Virus record (IMG/VR): IMGVR_UViG_3300042558_001390
Location: 1 to 52,961 of that record
DNA length: 52,961 bases
From: a virus
Lineage: Duplodnaviria; Caudoviricetes
Strand: one strand, 5' to 3'
The notes below the pieces were generated by a model that made no database searches, was not told the origin of the DNA, and saw only the letters and a list, made by a program, of their open reading frames with translations. The translations under genes were made by a program, and so were the position numbers. Shown here in pieces: positions 17,370 to 27,566 of this stretch. Each line of letters starts with the position of its first letter. Positions within the stretch are counted from its first letter, which is position 1.

Positions 17370-17819
17370 ATGGATTCACTCAAGAACATAATAAACTTAG
17401 TATTTTTTGTTAATATAGATGACCAAACTCGAAAAAGAAATATAGTAGATGCAAGAAGAGCATACGCTAAAATACTTAAAGATGCCGGATTTTCGTATCA
17501 GCATATAGGAGGTAGCATAAAAAAAGACCACGCAACTATTATTCACTATGTAAAATCTATAGATTCTCTACTGAAATATGATCCTATATTTGAAAAAAAA
17601 TTTATATCAGCTAAGAAAAATTTCTTAGAAGAAAACAAACACTTAATGTTAAACTCAAAAGAGGACATTTATGCTATTGCAATTAGCTTGGAGAATAGAC
17701 TTAACGAATTGATTTCTAAAAGAAAAAAAATAGACAGTCTTTTAGATGAGTATGAAAAAGAAAATAAAGGAGGGGTTGATTTTTGCAGAAAAGTAATATT
17801 GCCCTTGTTTGATTCTTAA
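17370..17819 (+). CDS. DnaA C-terminal (domain IV)-like HTH protein with coiled-coil tail
   Basis: RKRNIVDARR...IGGSIKKDHATIIHY. Confidence 0.8.
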   Translation: MDSLKNIINLVFFVNIDDQTRKRNIVDARRAYAKILKDAGFSYQHIGGSIKKDHATIIHYVKSIDSLLKYDPIFEKKFISAKKNFLEENKHLMLNSKEDIYAIAISLENRLNELISKRKKIDSLLDEYEKENKGGVDFCRKVILPLFDS

Positions 17820-17830
17820 AAATTAAAGTT

Positions 17831-18010
17831 ATGGAAGAAGAACAAAGAGCCGAGAGAATATCTCGAAGAATAGAAGAGTACCACATAGTACTTACGGACA
17901 TCTATGAAAAATTAGTTGACCGAGAATTTAAGTCTGTCAAAAAGGATGCTCAGTTCTTAATCATGGAATTACGTTACATATTAAAATCAATAGAAGAAGA
18001 TGACTTTTGA
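17831..18010 (+). CDS. Hypothetical protein, 59 aa (not in ORF track)
   Basis: Read by hand: MEEEQRAERISRRIEEY...SIEEDDF*. Confidence 0.6.
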   Translation: MEEEQRAERISRRIEEYHIVLTDIYEKLVDREFKSVKKDAQFLIMELRYILKSIEEDDF

Positions 18011-18395
18011 TAAAAAGAAAAAAGCCATAGATATATTTGTAAGTTTGTTCGGAGGCTCATATAAAAAATTAGACCCTAATGACATTGACTACAAAGTTTT
18101 TGACAAAGACAATAAACTCATAGCTTACGCTGAGGTTGTTGTTGTAGTTAAAACAATTTATAATGCCTACCCTCTTTCTGTCGAAGCTAAAAAATTAGTA
18201 AAACTAATAGACAAGAGATTAGCACCTGTAGTTATATGGGCCTGTGAAGATGGAATTATCTATGGTAAAGCCAATAAATTAAAAGGAGAAATCAAGTTTG
18301 ACAGTAAATCCGAACAAGATAACTCCTTTTATAACTCTGAGCTTATGGTCTATTATGAAAAAGCAAAAGAACTAAAGTATGTAAGATTTAGTTAG
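18000..18395 (+). CDS. Hypothetical protein, possibly degenerate PD-(D/E)XK fold
   Basis: IDY...IAYAEV pattern lacking the usual Lys; last + strand gene. Confidence 0.5.
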   Translation: MTFDKKKKAIDIFVSLFGGSYKKLDPNDIDYKVFDKDNKLIAYAEVVVVVKTIYNAYPLSVEAKKLVKLIDKRLAPVVIWACEDGIIYGKANKLKGEIKFDSKSEQDNSFYNSELMVYYEKAKELKYVRFS

Positions 18396-21300
18396 ACTGC
18401 TTATTTTTTTTGTAATTTTTAAGCTGTTTTTCTGTCATATCTACAGGTCTTAATTCTTGAATTTCTTTGTATGATTTTAATTTAGCTTGACCTTTTTTTA
18501 TTGAATTTATAATTCTTTTAGCGCTATCTCTGTCTAAAGCTCCTGATTTAATTGCAGACTTAAATTGACTTTTAAATCTAGTCATCTCTTCTTCGTTAAT
18601 TTCTTCCATAGCACTTCTAGTAAATACATCATATATTAAATCTAATTGTCTTTGTTCAGGCTTACTTCCAAAAAATGATTTAACAAAAGGCAATCTTCTT
18701 AAAGATAATTTATCTTCATCTTTTATCTCTTTACCACTTATAGCCGAAGAAATCTCTTCTTTAGCTGCATATCCTGTAAAAACAGTATTTGATAAAAATC
18801 TACCTGTACCTCCAGTAAAAGCATCGTAGTAATGGTCTAGTATTTCAGGACTAATATCTATATAACCTGATTCTACTGCGCTCCCTCCTGTTATTTCGTT
18901 TAGTTTTTTAGATGCCCATTTTGATGAAGGTCTAACAGATTCAAAATACAAACCACTTTCTTTTACTTGAGGTCCAAATTTAGGTTGCTCAGTTTTTATA
19001 GGGTTGCCTAACCAATTTTTATTCTCTAACTGCTGAACTATTGGATCAAACATTGTTGGAGATATAGCCTGTCCAGCTGTAGGCCCTTGAAATGGAGATA
19101 TTTGAGTATATATTGATTTAAACAATTTTACAGAAGCATCAAGAGGTTTTTTTCTTCCTGTAGCTACGTCATATGTTAAGTTTCCTGCGTGTTTAAAAAC
19201 GTTAATACCATAAGCTAAAGGTATCAATAAAGGTTCTTTTTTAGGGTCTAATGGATTAACTACAACTAAGTTTCTTTCTTTAATACCATCATCTATCAAT
19301 TCATCATCATCATCTCCTTGCCCTATAGCATTATTCATAATAGACTCTAGTATTCCATACACAAATATACCTCCCGCTATCTGTCTTGCTCTTTTTGATT
19401 TTGCAAGAGAATATGCAGTTCTTGCAGTTCCACTCAATCCTGCTGTAGCAAATAAATATAAACTATCTACAAACCCACTCCAAGTACCTTTATTCTCAAA
19501 GTTCACTGTTATATTTTTAGCTTCTCTTGCTGCTTCTTCTAGTGATACTCCTGCATCTTTTAATGCTTTAAAAGTGTTAAGTCTTATAGATTGCTCCGCT
19601 ACTGATTGAGCTAATAGCAATGTATCTTTAGTCTTATTTAATATCTTGCCAAGTATCTTATCTCCTTTTTTTATTCTTAAAATATCTTTCTTTAAATCAT
19701 TAACATAGTCGTCTAAGTTATCTCTTTGAAACCAAGATACTACTCCGCCATTTTCTGCTAATTCTCTTGCTGCAATAGCCCATTCAGAACTAAAATCTCC
19801 TTTGTTAGCATCTATTAATCCTTTACCTGCTTTAGCTATATTTTTAGGATTAACTATTTTTCTTGTTATATTTTTTACATCAAGGTCTTTCATAGACGAT
19901 TGTATATTAAAAGCAGAACCTTGAATATCTCTCGCTATATTAGTAAATATAAAGTCAGGATTTAATAGTGTAGCTGTATTTCTAAGCCAGTTGTTTATAA
20001 TATAAAAACCTCTAATACCTCTTACTATTCCTTGCTCATTAATGGCGTCTCTCATAGCCTTATCTTTAATCTCTACAAAAACAGGCTTACCTTTAACTTT
20101 TAACTCAACTGAATCATTTTTTATTTTTTGCGGTGTTGTCGGAAATAAATAATTTACATCGCCATTAGCGTCTAAAACAGCTATATATTTAGGTTTATGA
20201 ATTTTAAACACATCATTATTTTCATCCATTTCAGCAAGATTTATCAACGCTTGAGATGCTATATTTCTTTCTCCTCTTATTATAGTATTGTCATAAGCAA
20301 ACATTGAAGAGTATATTGGATTATATCTATCTGTGTACTTATATAAATCACTACCTTTTGCTTTGAATATATCTTTACCCTTAACGCTAGCTCCTATTAC
20401 TCCTGCTCCTTTTTTTCTATCTAAAGCCTTTTCAATTACTTGTAAAGGAACGTAATTAGTGTATTTGTTTTTTACTAAATCATAAGTCTCTTGATTTATT
20501 AATTCATACTTTAGCATTTCATCTAGGTTAGGAATGATAACTTTTTCTCTAAACTCTTTAGCATATTTATCATACAAATCTTTTTTACCTGATTGTTCAA
20601 CAAAATCTATTATATCTTGAGCTTGTTCATTAGTCATTCCGCTTCCTGCACCTTTCAATAAAGTTGCTTTTCCTTTTCCTGCTATAAGACTATTTAGTTT
20701 ATTTTGGTATCTTGTTTTTAATGATTGGCTATTAGCATTTTTTATTTTATCATTTAATACTCTAACTTCATTATCAAAATCTTCTTGTCTTTCATTAGCT
20801 ACAGCTTCATTTCTTTCAGGAGCGTGTAAAGCATACATATACATTCCTAATTCATCAACATCTCCTTTTTCAGAAATAAGTCTACTAAACAAAGAGTTCT
20901 TATTTTTTCTATCAAAAATTTCTTTATTTTTATTTTCAATTACATCTATAGTCTTACCTATTAACAATTCAAATTTAAGAGCAACGTTAGCTTGATTTAG
21001 TATCTTAACTCCTAATGTGCTTTCTATTTGTTCTTGCACATCTTTAATTCGTATCATTTTATTTTGGAAAGTAGTAATTAACTTTTTAAGCCAATTTTGG
21101 TCTTTAAGGTCTATTATTTTCCCTGCTTGTTGTGATTGATTTATAGCTTGTGATGTAGAGAAAGTACTTACTGCATTATAGTAAAATGATTTTTTTTCAT
21201 CTTCTGATAAGTTATTAAACTCTTCATTGTTTGACATATAATCAAAGAAATCCTCCATATTAGAATAACCTTCTGAAATAGCTTGTTGTCCTTGCTCGTC

Positions 21301-24300
21301 AACATTTTCTTTTAATTTATCGAAGCTATTTCTAAAAGTATCTTCTACAGTACTTTTTGTATTATCATCTAATTCTTTATACCAATCAGTATTTTTAATA
21401 GCTTCTAGACCATCTGAAATAGCTTGAGCAATATCTCCAGTTACTTCAATAGACTTAGCTACAGCTTCAACACCTAAATCCCAAGCTAAACTACCTGGAG
21501 TAGCCGAGCTAAAAACATCAGGCTTTATAACCTTTAACTCACGAACTTTATCAGCAAGTTTTTTGGTTGCTTCAGCTATTTTTTTCTCAGCAGAAGCTGT
21601 CTCTTGCACAACAGGTGCTGTTTCCAAATCTTCAATAGATTTCTCTTCAAGAGATAAAACAGGAGTTGCTTCTTCTGACACAGCTTGTGGTTCAGCTATT
21701 TTAGGTTCTCTAACCATAGGCAATCCTTCTGATTCGTTCTCTAAAACATAATCAATAGCTTCTTGTTCAGAACCAAAATCAAGGTCTTCTAAATATTGTT
21801 TATCAACTTCAAATCCATTCTTTTTATAAAACTCAATCAATTCTTTTTTACCAAGACCTTCTCTTCCAAAAGGTTTTGCATCCAATGTAAGGGTAGTACC
21901 AAGTTCATCAGCAGATTTAGTTATATCAGTCATAGCTTCTTTTCCTAAACCTTTACCTTTATCTAAAGAAGTTATACCTTCTAATGATACCTCATTCTTA
22001 TCGCCTTTATCGAATCTATTAAATTCCAAAGATGCTTTATCCCCATATACAAAAGACTTATTGTCAATAGGATTTTTTTGAAGAGGGTTTAAGCTATTTA
22101 ATTTATTTAAAAAATTATTAAGAATAGTATCCTTTGAAAATTGAACTCCCTGTGGTTCTTCTGCTACAGTTTCTTCTGCTACAGTTTCTTCGATAGGAGC
22201 TTCTTGCTTCATTGACTCTTTTTTTCTTCTAATCAATTCATCAGTAGCTTCTTGTTTTGTATCTCCCAATATGTCTCCATATATACGCTCAAAAGACTCA
22301 GGGCTGTATTTACTCTTGTCAAAATTTGGATCTCTCCAAGCCTTTGAACTTCTATCGTAATACATTCTTCCTGCTTCTTCTCCATTTAAACTAACTACTT
22401 GTTCCGCATCATTGATAAAGTCATCTGACTTTTTAACTTTTACTACATCAGGTTGCTCCTCGATGATAGTTTGCGGTGCGGTTACTTCTTCTTGCGTAAC
22501 TTGTTCTGTTTTTTGATTTGTTATAAAATCATTTTGAGAAGGTTGTCTAATACTTAGCCCTAACTTATCAGCACTTACTCCGAATCTATCATCTATGGCT
22601 CCTATTTTTTTTCTTTTTAAAGGAAACATATTTTCAGATACTCTTTCTTCATTACTTCTTAATACACCTTTCTCTATTCTAACAGGTATTTCAGTAAATC
22701 CTAATTCCTTAGCAGCAATTATTCTGTGATTTCCTTCTATAATAGAAGCTTCTCCTCCATTACTGAATTTATCATAAACTAAAACTATAGGCTCTTTAAA
22801 TCCATTTTTAGAAATATCTTCTTTTAATTTATCTATATTTTCTCTTGATGTTTCTGTTTGAGCTTCTCCAATTCGATCTTCTCCAATAAAATCATCTAAT
22901 TCAGATATAGGTATAATTCCTTTTCTGTTTGAATCATCTTCAACGTCTATAGAATCACTTAAAGATATTGTTTTAGTTTTTGGTGCGGTTACTTCTTCTT
23001 GCGTAATTTGCTCGGTAATGACTTCAGGTTCTGGTTGGGATATTCCTTCCGCCACCGTTTCGCTAATTCCGGTTTCTGACTGAACAGGAATCTCTGTTGT
23101 GCTTTGCTCTTGAACGGCATAATCTTTTGCTTCTTTACCTGTTAATGAATATACATAGGCTTCAGGTGTTTTAACGGTTTCTTTTTTACCTAAAGGAAGT
23201 CCTAGTATTAATTTTCTTGTTTCAACGTCTTGTCCTCCTATTTTTTTAGCTTTATCTCTAAATTGCTCAGGAACTTCATCCAATGTTTTAACAGTGAATG
23301 TAACAAGTTCATTGTCATTTAGATTTGCTATTTCCTCAGGAAGTTCTATGCTTTGCTCTTGAACGGCATCTGTTTCGCTTAATTTAGATTTATTATATAT
23401 GTTTTTAATTTCTTCTCTTTTAGATTTTATTTGCTCGTCAATACTCTCGTGAAAAGAAGCGTCTAAAGATTTCTTTTTATTTTCTAAATCTGAAATTTCT
23501 TCTAAACCTCTCGCTAAATCCATAACCAACTCCGGTTTAGTATCAGTAGGAATTTTAGATTTATTGTTGCTAAGTATTCTTACATCTGTTTTAAGTTTTT
23601 CGGCAGAATTATTATCTATAACACCATTATTTACAAGGTTTTTTAAATCTTGTTCAAACTTAGTGTAATCTTGACCTAAAATATTTAATGTTCTTAATTG
23701 CTCAACAGCATTATTTTTAAACAAAGTAGGTGTTTTCATTTGAGAAATCAAACCTGCAGATGCAAAAGATAAAATAGACGTATTTACAAACTCATCTACA
23801 GAAATACTATCTTTTAATATTTGAGACCCTGCCTGCTGATTGGTTTCTTTATTTATTAAAAACATTTCTCCTGCCTGTTGAATATTTTCTTGAAAAACTT
23901 CTTTCAATCCTTCTTCAGTCATTTCTGTTCCGGCTTTTGCTAACTTAGGAATACCATTTCTTAAAGTTTCAACAAAACCTTTTTTACCAACTTCTCTATA
24001 AGATAAAACAGCTTTCTTAATTAAATCTTTTTCTGCATTACCAAATAATGCTTGAGTTGCTTTTGTTTGAGGAGAAATAGGTGCTGTGACAGCATATAAA
24101 ATACCCATTCTTTGAGCCGCATCATTAGCAAGCATTTCCGCTTCCTCGGTAGTTAATCCTGTATCTTTAGCGGCCTTCATAGTTTCTTCTAATCCTTGTG
24201 AATACCCTAATGAAGACTGAGCAATAATAGCACTTGATATATTTTTAGAAATAGGTATCTTTGAAAGTTTTGAAGCAGACAATAATTCTGTTCCTAATGC

Positions 24301-25923
24301 AGAAGATGTAGCTCCTCCAACACCTCTTGTTAGAGCTACCTGAACAATCATATCGCCTAAAACACCTCCAAGTTGTATAGACGTTCCTTGTGGACTAAAA
24401 ATCCAATCTCTTGTTCCTTTTTTAGACTCATTTACAATAGCATCGTATTGAGGTTTAAAAAATAAATCAGTAACTCTTATTTTTTTATCTTTATCATAGA
24501 TTTGACCATTGTCATCTACAATATATTCAACTCCATCATATTTTGTTGATTTTCCCGAAACATATCCAACTTCTCTTGTGTCAGGCTTTAACATTTGGTT
24601 TTCTTCGTGCAACATTCTAATCTCTTCAGCAGTTTCGTCCATTCCAATTTTATCGTAAACTGTTGCCGAAAGATTATTTATTCTATCTACAAATCCATTC
24701 CAACCTGATTTAAGAGTGTTTTTAGTTCCATACCAAACCCCTGCTTCTCCTTTATTGTGTTGCTCCAATATTCTTCTACCTTCATCATCTCTTTCTTTAA
24801 GCTTTTTAGTAAGTAATGGAAATTGTTGCTCTAAATAAGATTCAACTTTTGCAGGTTCAAAAAGAGTTGTTTTTTCAACTTTTATTGCATTAGAATTGCT
24901 TCTGTCTAAATTTTCTTTTTTAGCTTTTAGTGAGTTTAATTTAAAATTTCTATTATTTTGTTCAGCAATATAATTAGCTAATAGTTTTTGTTTTTGAATT
25001 TCTCGTGCTAATTGAATATCGGCTCCTGAAAGATTTCTGCCTTTACCTTCAAACAATCCTTTTTCTTCTTTTTTTAAAAAGTCTTTTTTAAATCCTTTTT
25101 CGTTTAAATAACCATCAAAATCAGCAGGGTCAATTCCTATTCCTATTAACTTTTCATCACCAAACTCAGTATCTACAAATGTATCTTTTGGAGTCTGAAT
25201 AAAAATCCCTGTAGCAGGATTATACTTAGGTTGTTTGTCGTATGTAGAATAGAATTTAAAAGGAGTAGGATTGTTTAAATCTTCTTCATTGATTTGAGTG
25301 TCAATATCTGATTTAATTAACTCTTTATCTTTAGCAAAAACTCTTTTTTTTTCAGTAACTAAATTACCATCAATAAATTTTTGTTTTTCTTGCTCTGTAA
25401 AACCTTTTTCTTGAAAATCTTTACTTATTTTAGCATTCCTTACATTCTCTTCTCCTTGAGTATAAAAACCTTTAGATTCTTGTTTTTTTACTAATGGTAA
25501 ATTCTTTTTCGGTTGTTGAATTACTTTTCCTGTATTACCTTCTAAATCATATTCAACCTGTTTTGATTTAGGTATAGCACGATTTGGAGCAATAGTCCCT
25601 TTTTGTTGACCTTGCTCAAAATCTTGTTCTGTAAGAAGTCTAAATGTCTGCTTTTGTTCAGGAGGTTTTGGCAATTCCGATGAACCAACTTCCGAAGATG
25701 AATCCAAAGCGAATTTTTTTTTTTGAATAGGCTTTGATTCGTTTATAGATACAAGTTTAGAAAAGTCATTAAAACTTCCTAAAGTTGATTCTCCAAAAGA
25801 CTTATGGAAATCATTTTGATAGCTTTTATCAGTAGATATTAAATTCTGAAAATCTTCAAAAGAACCAAATTTTGCTTGACCGCCTAATTGATTATATAAG
25901 TCTTGGATATATTTCTTGTCCAT
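18388..25923 (-). CDS. Giant polyvalent / internal virion protein with ParB-like, GNAT and C-terminal LPD38-like domains
   Basis: KEPIVL...IIEGNHRIIAAKELG (ParB/Srx); KGKGLGK...LIEFYKKNGF (GNAT); LLIPLAYG, ENKNWLGNPI, ISPEILDH...TGGTG (LPD38-like). Confidence 0.8.
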   Translation of the reverse strand: MDKKYIQDLYNQLGGQAKFGSFEDFQNLISTDKSYQNDFHKSFGESTLGSFNDFSKLVSINESKPIQKKKFALDSSSEVGSSELPKPPEQKQTFRLLTEQDFEQGQQKGTIAPNRAIPKSKQVEYDLEGNTGKVIQQPKKNLPLVKKQESKGFYTQGEENVRNAKISKDFQEKGFTEQEKQKFIDGNLVTEKKRVFAKDKELIKSDIDTQINEEDLNNPTPFKFYSTYDKQPKYNPATGIFIQTPKDTFVDTEFGDEKLIGIGIDPADFDGYLNEKGFKKDFLKKEEKGLFEGKGRNLSGADIQLAREIQKQKLLANYIAEQNNRNFKLNSLKAKKENLDRSNSNAIKVEKTTLFEPAKVESYLEQQFPLLTKKLKERDDEGRRILEQHNKGEAGVWYGTKNTLKSGWNGFVDRINNLSATVYDKIGMDETAEEIRMLHEENQMLKPDTREVGYVSGKSTKYDGVEYIVDDNGQIYDKDKKIRVTDLFFKPQYDAIVNESKKGTRDWIFSPQGTSIQLGGVLGDMIVQVALTRGVGGATSSALGTELLSASKLSKIPISKNISSAIIAQSSLGYSQGLEETMKAAKDTGLTTEEAEMLANDAAQRMGILYAVTAPISPQTKATQALFGNAEKDLIKKAVLSYREVGKKGFVETLRNGIPKLAKAGTEMTEEGLKEVFQENIQQAGEMFLINKETNQQAGSQILKDSISVDEFVNTSILSFASAGLISQMKTPTLFKNNAVEQLRTLNILGQDYTKFEQDLKNLVNNGVIDNNSAEKLKTDVRILSNNKSKIPTDTKPELVMDLARGLEEISDLENKKKSLDASFHESIDEQIKSKREEIKNIYNKSKLSETDAVQEQSIELPEEIANLNDNELVTFTVKTLDEVPEQFRDKAKKIGGQDVETRKLILGLPLGKKETVKTPEAYVYSLTGKEAKDYAVQEQSTTEIPVQSETGISETVAEGISQPEPEVITEQITQEEVTAPKTKTISLSDSIDVEDDSNRKGIIPISELDDFIGEDRIGEAQTETSRENIDKLKEDISKNGFKEPIVLVYDKFSNGGEASIIEGNHRIIAAKELGFTEIPVRIEKGVLRSNEERVSENMFPLKRKKIGAIDDRFGVSADKLGLSIRQPSQNDFITNQKTEQVTQEEVTAPQTIIEEQPDVVKVKKSDDFINDAEQVVSLNGEEAGRMYYDRSSKAWRDPNFDKSKYSPESFERIYGDILGDTKQEATDELIRRKKESMKQEAPIEETVAEETVAEEPQGVQFSKDTILNNFLNKLNSLNPLQKNPIDNKSFVYGDKASLEFNRFDKGDKNEVSLEGITSLDKGKGLGKEAMTDITKSADELGTTLTLDAKPFGREGLGKKELIEFYKKNGFEVDKQYLEDLDFGSEQEAIDYVLENESEGLPMVREPKIAEPQAVSEEATPVLSLEEKSIEDLETAPVVQETASAEKKIAEATKKLADKVRELKVIKPDVFSSATPGSLAWDLGVEAVAKSIEVTGDIAQAISDGLEAIKNTDWYKELDDNTKSTVEDTFRNSFDKLKENVDEQGQQAISEGYSNMEDFFDYMSNNEEFNNLSEDEKKSFYYNAVSTFSTSQAINQSQQAGKIIDLKDQNWLKKLITTFQNKMIRIKDVQEQIESTLGVKILNQANVALKFELLIGKTIDVIENKNKEIFDRKNKNSLFSRLISEKGDVDELGMYMYALHAPERNEAVANERQEDFDNEVRVLNDKIKNANSQSLKTRYQNKLNSLIAGKGKATLLKGAGSGMTNEQAQDIIDFVEQSGKKDLYDKYAKEFREKVIIPNLDEMLKYELINQETYDLVKNKYTNYVPLQVIEKALDRKKGAGVIGASVKGKDIFKAKGSDLYKYTDRYNPIYSSMFAYDNTIIRGERNIASQALINLAEMDENNDVFKIHKPKYIAVLDANGDVNYLFPTTPQKIKNDSVELKVKGKPVFVEIKDKAMRDAINEQGIVRGIRGFYIINNWLRNTATLLNPDFIFTNIARDIQGSAFNIQSSMKDLDVKNITRKIVNPKNIAKAGKGLIDANKGDFSSEWAIAARELAENGGVVSWFQRDNLDDYVNDLKKDILRIKKGDKILGKILNKTKDTLLLAQSVAEQSIRLNTFKALKDAGVSLEEAAREAKNITVNFENKGTWSGFVDSLYLFATAGLSGTARTAYSLAKSKRARQIAGGIFVYGILESIMNNAIGQGDDDDELIDDGIKERNLVVVNPLDPKKEPLLIPLAYGINVFKHAGNLTYDVATGRKKPLDASVKLFKSIYTQISPFQGPTAGQAISPTMFDPIVQQLENKNWLGNPIKTEQPKFGPQVKESGLYFESVRPSSKWASKKLNEITGGSAVESGYIDISPEILDHYYDAFTGGTGRFLSNTVFTGYAAKEEISSAISGKEIKDEDKLSLRRLPFVKSFFGSKPEQRQLDLIYDVFTRSAMEEINEEEMTRFKSQFKSAIKSGALDRDSAKRIINSIKKGQAKLKSYKEIQELRPVDMTEKQLKNYKKNKQSN
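22475..23006. repeat. 25-bp perfect direct repeat pair (22475-22499 and 22982-23006)
   Basis: GGTGCGGTTACTTCTTCTTGCGTAA twice, 507 bp (169 codons) apart, flanking the ParB-like domain. Confidence 0.9.
22989..23120 (-). CDS. Overprinted small basic protein, 43 aa, out of frame inside the giant gene
   Basis: Read by hand: MPFKSKAQQRFLFSQKPELAKRWRKEYPNQNLKSLPSKLRKKK*. Confidence 0.6.
   Translation of the reverse strand: MPFKSKAQQRFLFSQKPELAKRWRKEYPNQNLKSLPSKLRKKK
23100..23369. repeat. 21-bp perfect direct repeat pair (23100-23120 and 23349-23369)
   Basis: TGCTTTGCTCTTGAACGGCAT twice, 249 bp (83 codons) apart. Confidence 0.9.
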
Positions 25924-25928
25924 ATTTT

Positions 25929-27566
25929 TTATTTTTTACCTTTTCTTTTACTTGCATTAAGATTAACACCACTTCCAGTTTGAGTTGGTTTATTTGTTCT
26001 TTCATCAGGAGTAGTTATAAATTCATCTCCTGCTAATTGAATTGCATATTCTTGAAGCGCCCTTGCATCCTTAAATCCAGCTCTTCTAGCATACCTTCCT
26101 ATTTCTGTTGAATTTTTACCGAAGTCTAATAAACTAACTACAGGTTCTGATGTTGTTATTGGAAGACCATATTCGTCTATAGCTCCTGTTTTTGTATAGT
26201 TAGGTTTTGATATTTGAAGATAAATTTTACCTCCAGGAGAAACTATAAGAGCTTGTGCATTTTGGTCTTTTTCACTTGGACTATCTCCTAATGTAAGATT
26301 TGATATAGGAAAAGATTTAGATCCGTCCTGAACTAATACTGCTCCTTCTATTTTTTTTGTATCCTCATTTAATTTACCTCCTATAGATATGTTGTTAAGT
26401 ACTGAATAACTAGGAGTTATTTCAGGCTGAGGTTCTTTTTTATCTCCACCTGGCCCTCCTCCTGAAGGAAATCTTCTTTGGTCGTTTGGCTGTGAAATAG
26501 CTTCTTCCTTTATAACTCTATCATACTTAGCTCTCATATTTGATCTGATAAAATTCTCAGCGTCCTGTGTTTGAGCATCTGTTATTCTGTAAACAACACC
26601 TCTTGTTGCAGGATCATATTCTTTTAATATGAAATTTACTCCTGTAGCAGCTTCTTTAGGGTCGTTTGTTAGCTCATAAGCTTGTCCATTAGGAGCGATT
26701 ATAGCGCTATCCATAAGAAGTCTTGCTTTGTCAAAATCAGTTCCTACTATCTCTTTAACTTTATCATTTTCTGCCTGTAAATATTTAATTAATACAGGTT
26801 TGTCTCCAGGTAAAATATATTCTCTTTTTGTAATATCTTCTATTGTAGTTCCTATGCCTTGTCTTGAATATGTGCCAAGAGCAATTTTAGTTACTTCGTC
26901 TTTACCTAAGGCATCAACAAAAGAATCTACTTTTTCTTCATATTTATATCTATCTACATCGCCTACAATCAGTTGGTTTATAGCATCTATATTTCTTAAA
27001 TTACCAGGAGTTTGGTCTAACGTTCTTACTTTTTTACCATCTACTTCTTTCTCTATAGTCTTTCCTGCCATAACGACTCCATTGGCGCCAATATAAAATC
27101 CTGTATCTTCCCATCTACCAAACATCTCAGCATCTTTCATCCTGTCAGTTTCTAATGCTGAACTTATACCATCTCTACTTCTTTGCATTTTACGAGCATA
27201 TTCTTCTTGATATGCTTTATTTGCATTAAATAATAGATTAGTACTGTCAGTTAAATTTTGTCTGAATATAGTGTAATCCTTAACAGACATTTGACCTTGT
27301 TCCATAAGTTGCTTAGCAATTCTCATTCTATTTGAAGCTTGGTCGGCATATTCTAAAGCAGCCATTCTTGCACTTACATCTTCTCCATTTGGGGTTTCAG
27401 CAAGATAATTCATTGTCTCACGCTGAGCGGTATCTAAGGCATCTCTTTTCTCTTGTCTGACACGGTTGGTTTCAGCCAACATATCACTAAGGCCTTTGCC
27501 AACTTCAGCCCAATTTACCTGTGAGTCGGCATCGCGTTCTGCATATTTATAGTAAGTAGCTGCCAT
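25929..27566 (-). CDS. Probable internal virion (ejection) protein
   Basis: 545 aa, helical N-terminus, position between small ejection protein and giant protein. Confidence 0.6.
   Translation of the reverse strand: MAATYYKYAERDADSQVNWAEVGKGLSDMLAETNRVRQEKRDALDTAQRETMNYLAETPNGEDVSARMAALEYADQASNRMRIAKQLMEQGQMSVKDYTIFRQNLTDSTNLLFNANKAYQEEYARKMQRSRDGISSALETDRMKDAEMFGRWEDTGFYIGANGVVMAGKTIEKEVDGKKVRTLDQTPGNLRNIDAINQLIVGDVDRYKYEEKVDSFVDALGKDEVTKIALGTYSRQGIGTTIEDITKREYILPGDKPVLIKYLQAENDKVKEIVGTDFDKARLLMDSAIIAPNGQAYELTNDPKEAATGVNFILKEYDPATRGVVYRITDAQTQDAENFIRSNMRAKYDRVIKEEAISQPNDQRRFPSGGGPGGDKKEPQPEITPSYSVLNNISIGGKLNEDTKKIEGAVLVQDGSKSFPISNLTLGDSPSEKDQNAQALIVSPGGKIYLQISKPNYTKTGAIDEYGLPITTSEPVVSLLDFGKNSTEIGRYARRAGFKDARALQEYAIQLAGDEFITTPDERTNKPTQTGSGVNLNASKRKGKK

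Noticed and set aside
578-17901. Minus-strand ORFs in the left arm (e.g. 1415..1708, 9608..10003, 10639..10938)
   Set aside because: Antisense shadows of well-supported + strand genes with no recognisable motifs
22159-22190. 15-bp tandem repeat encoding EETVA x2
   Set aside because: Simple slippage duplication in a low-complexity linker; does not bound a module
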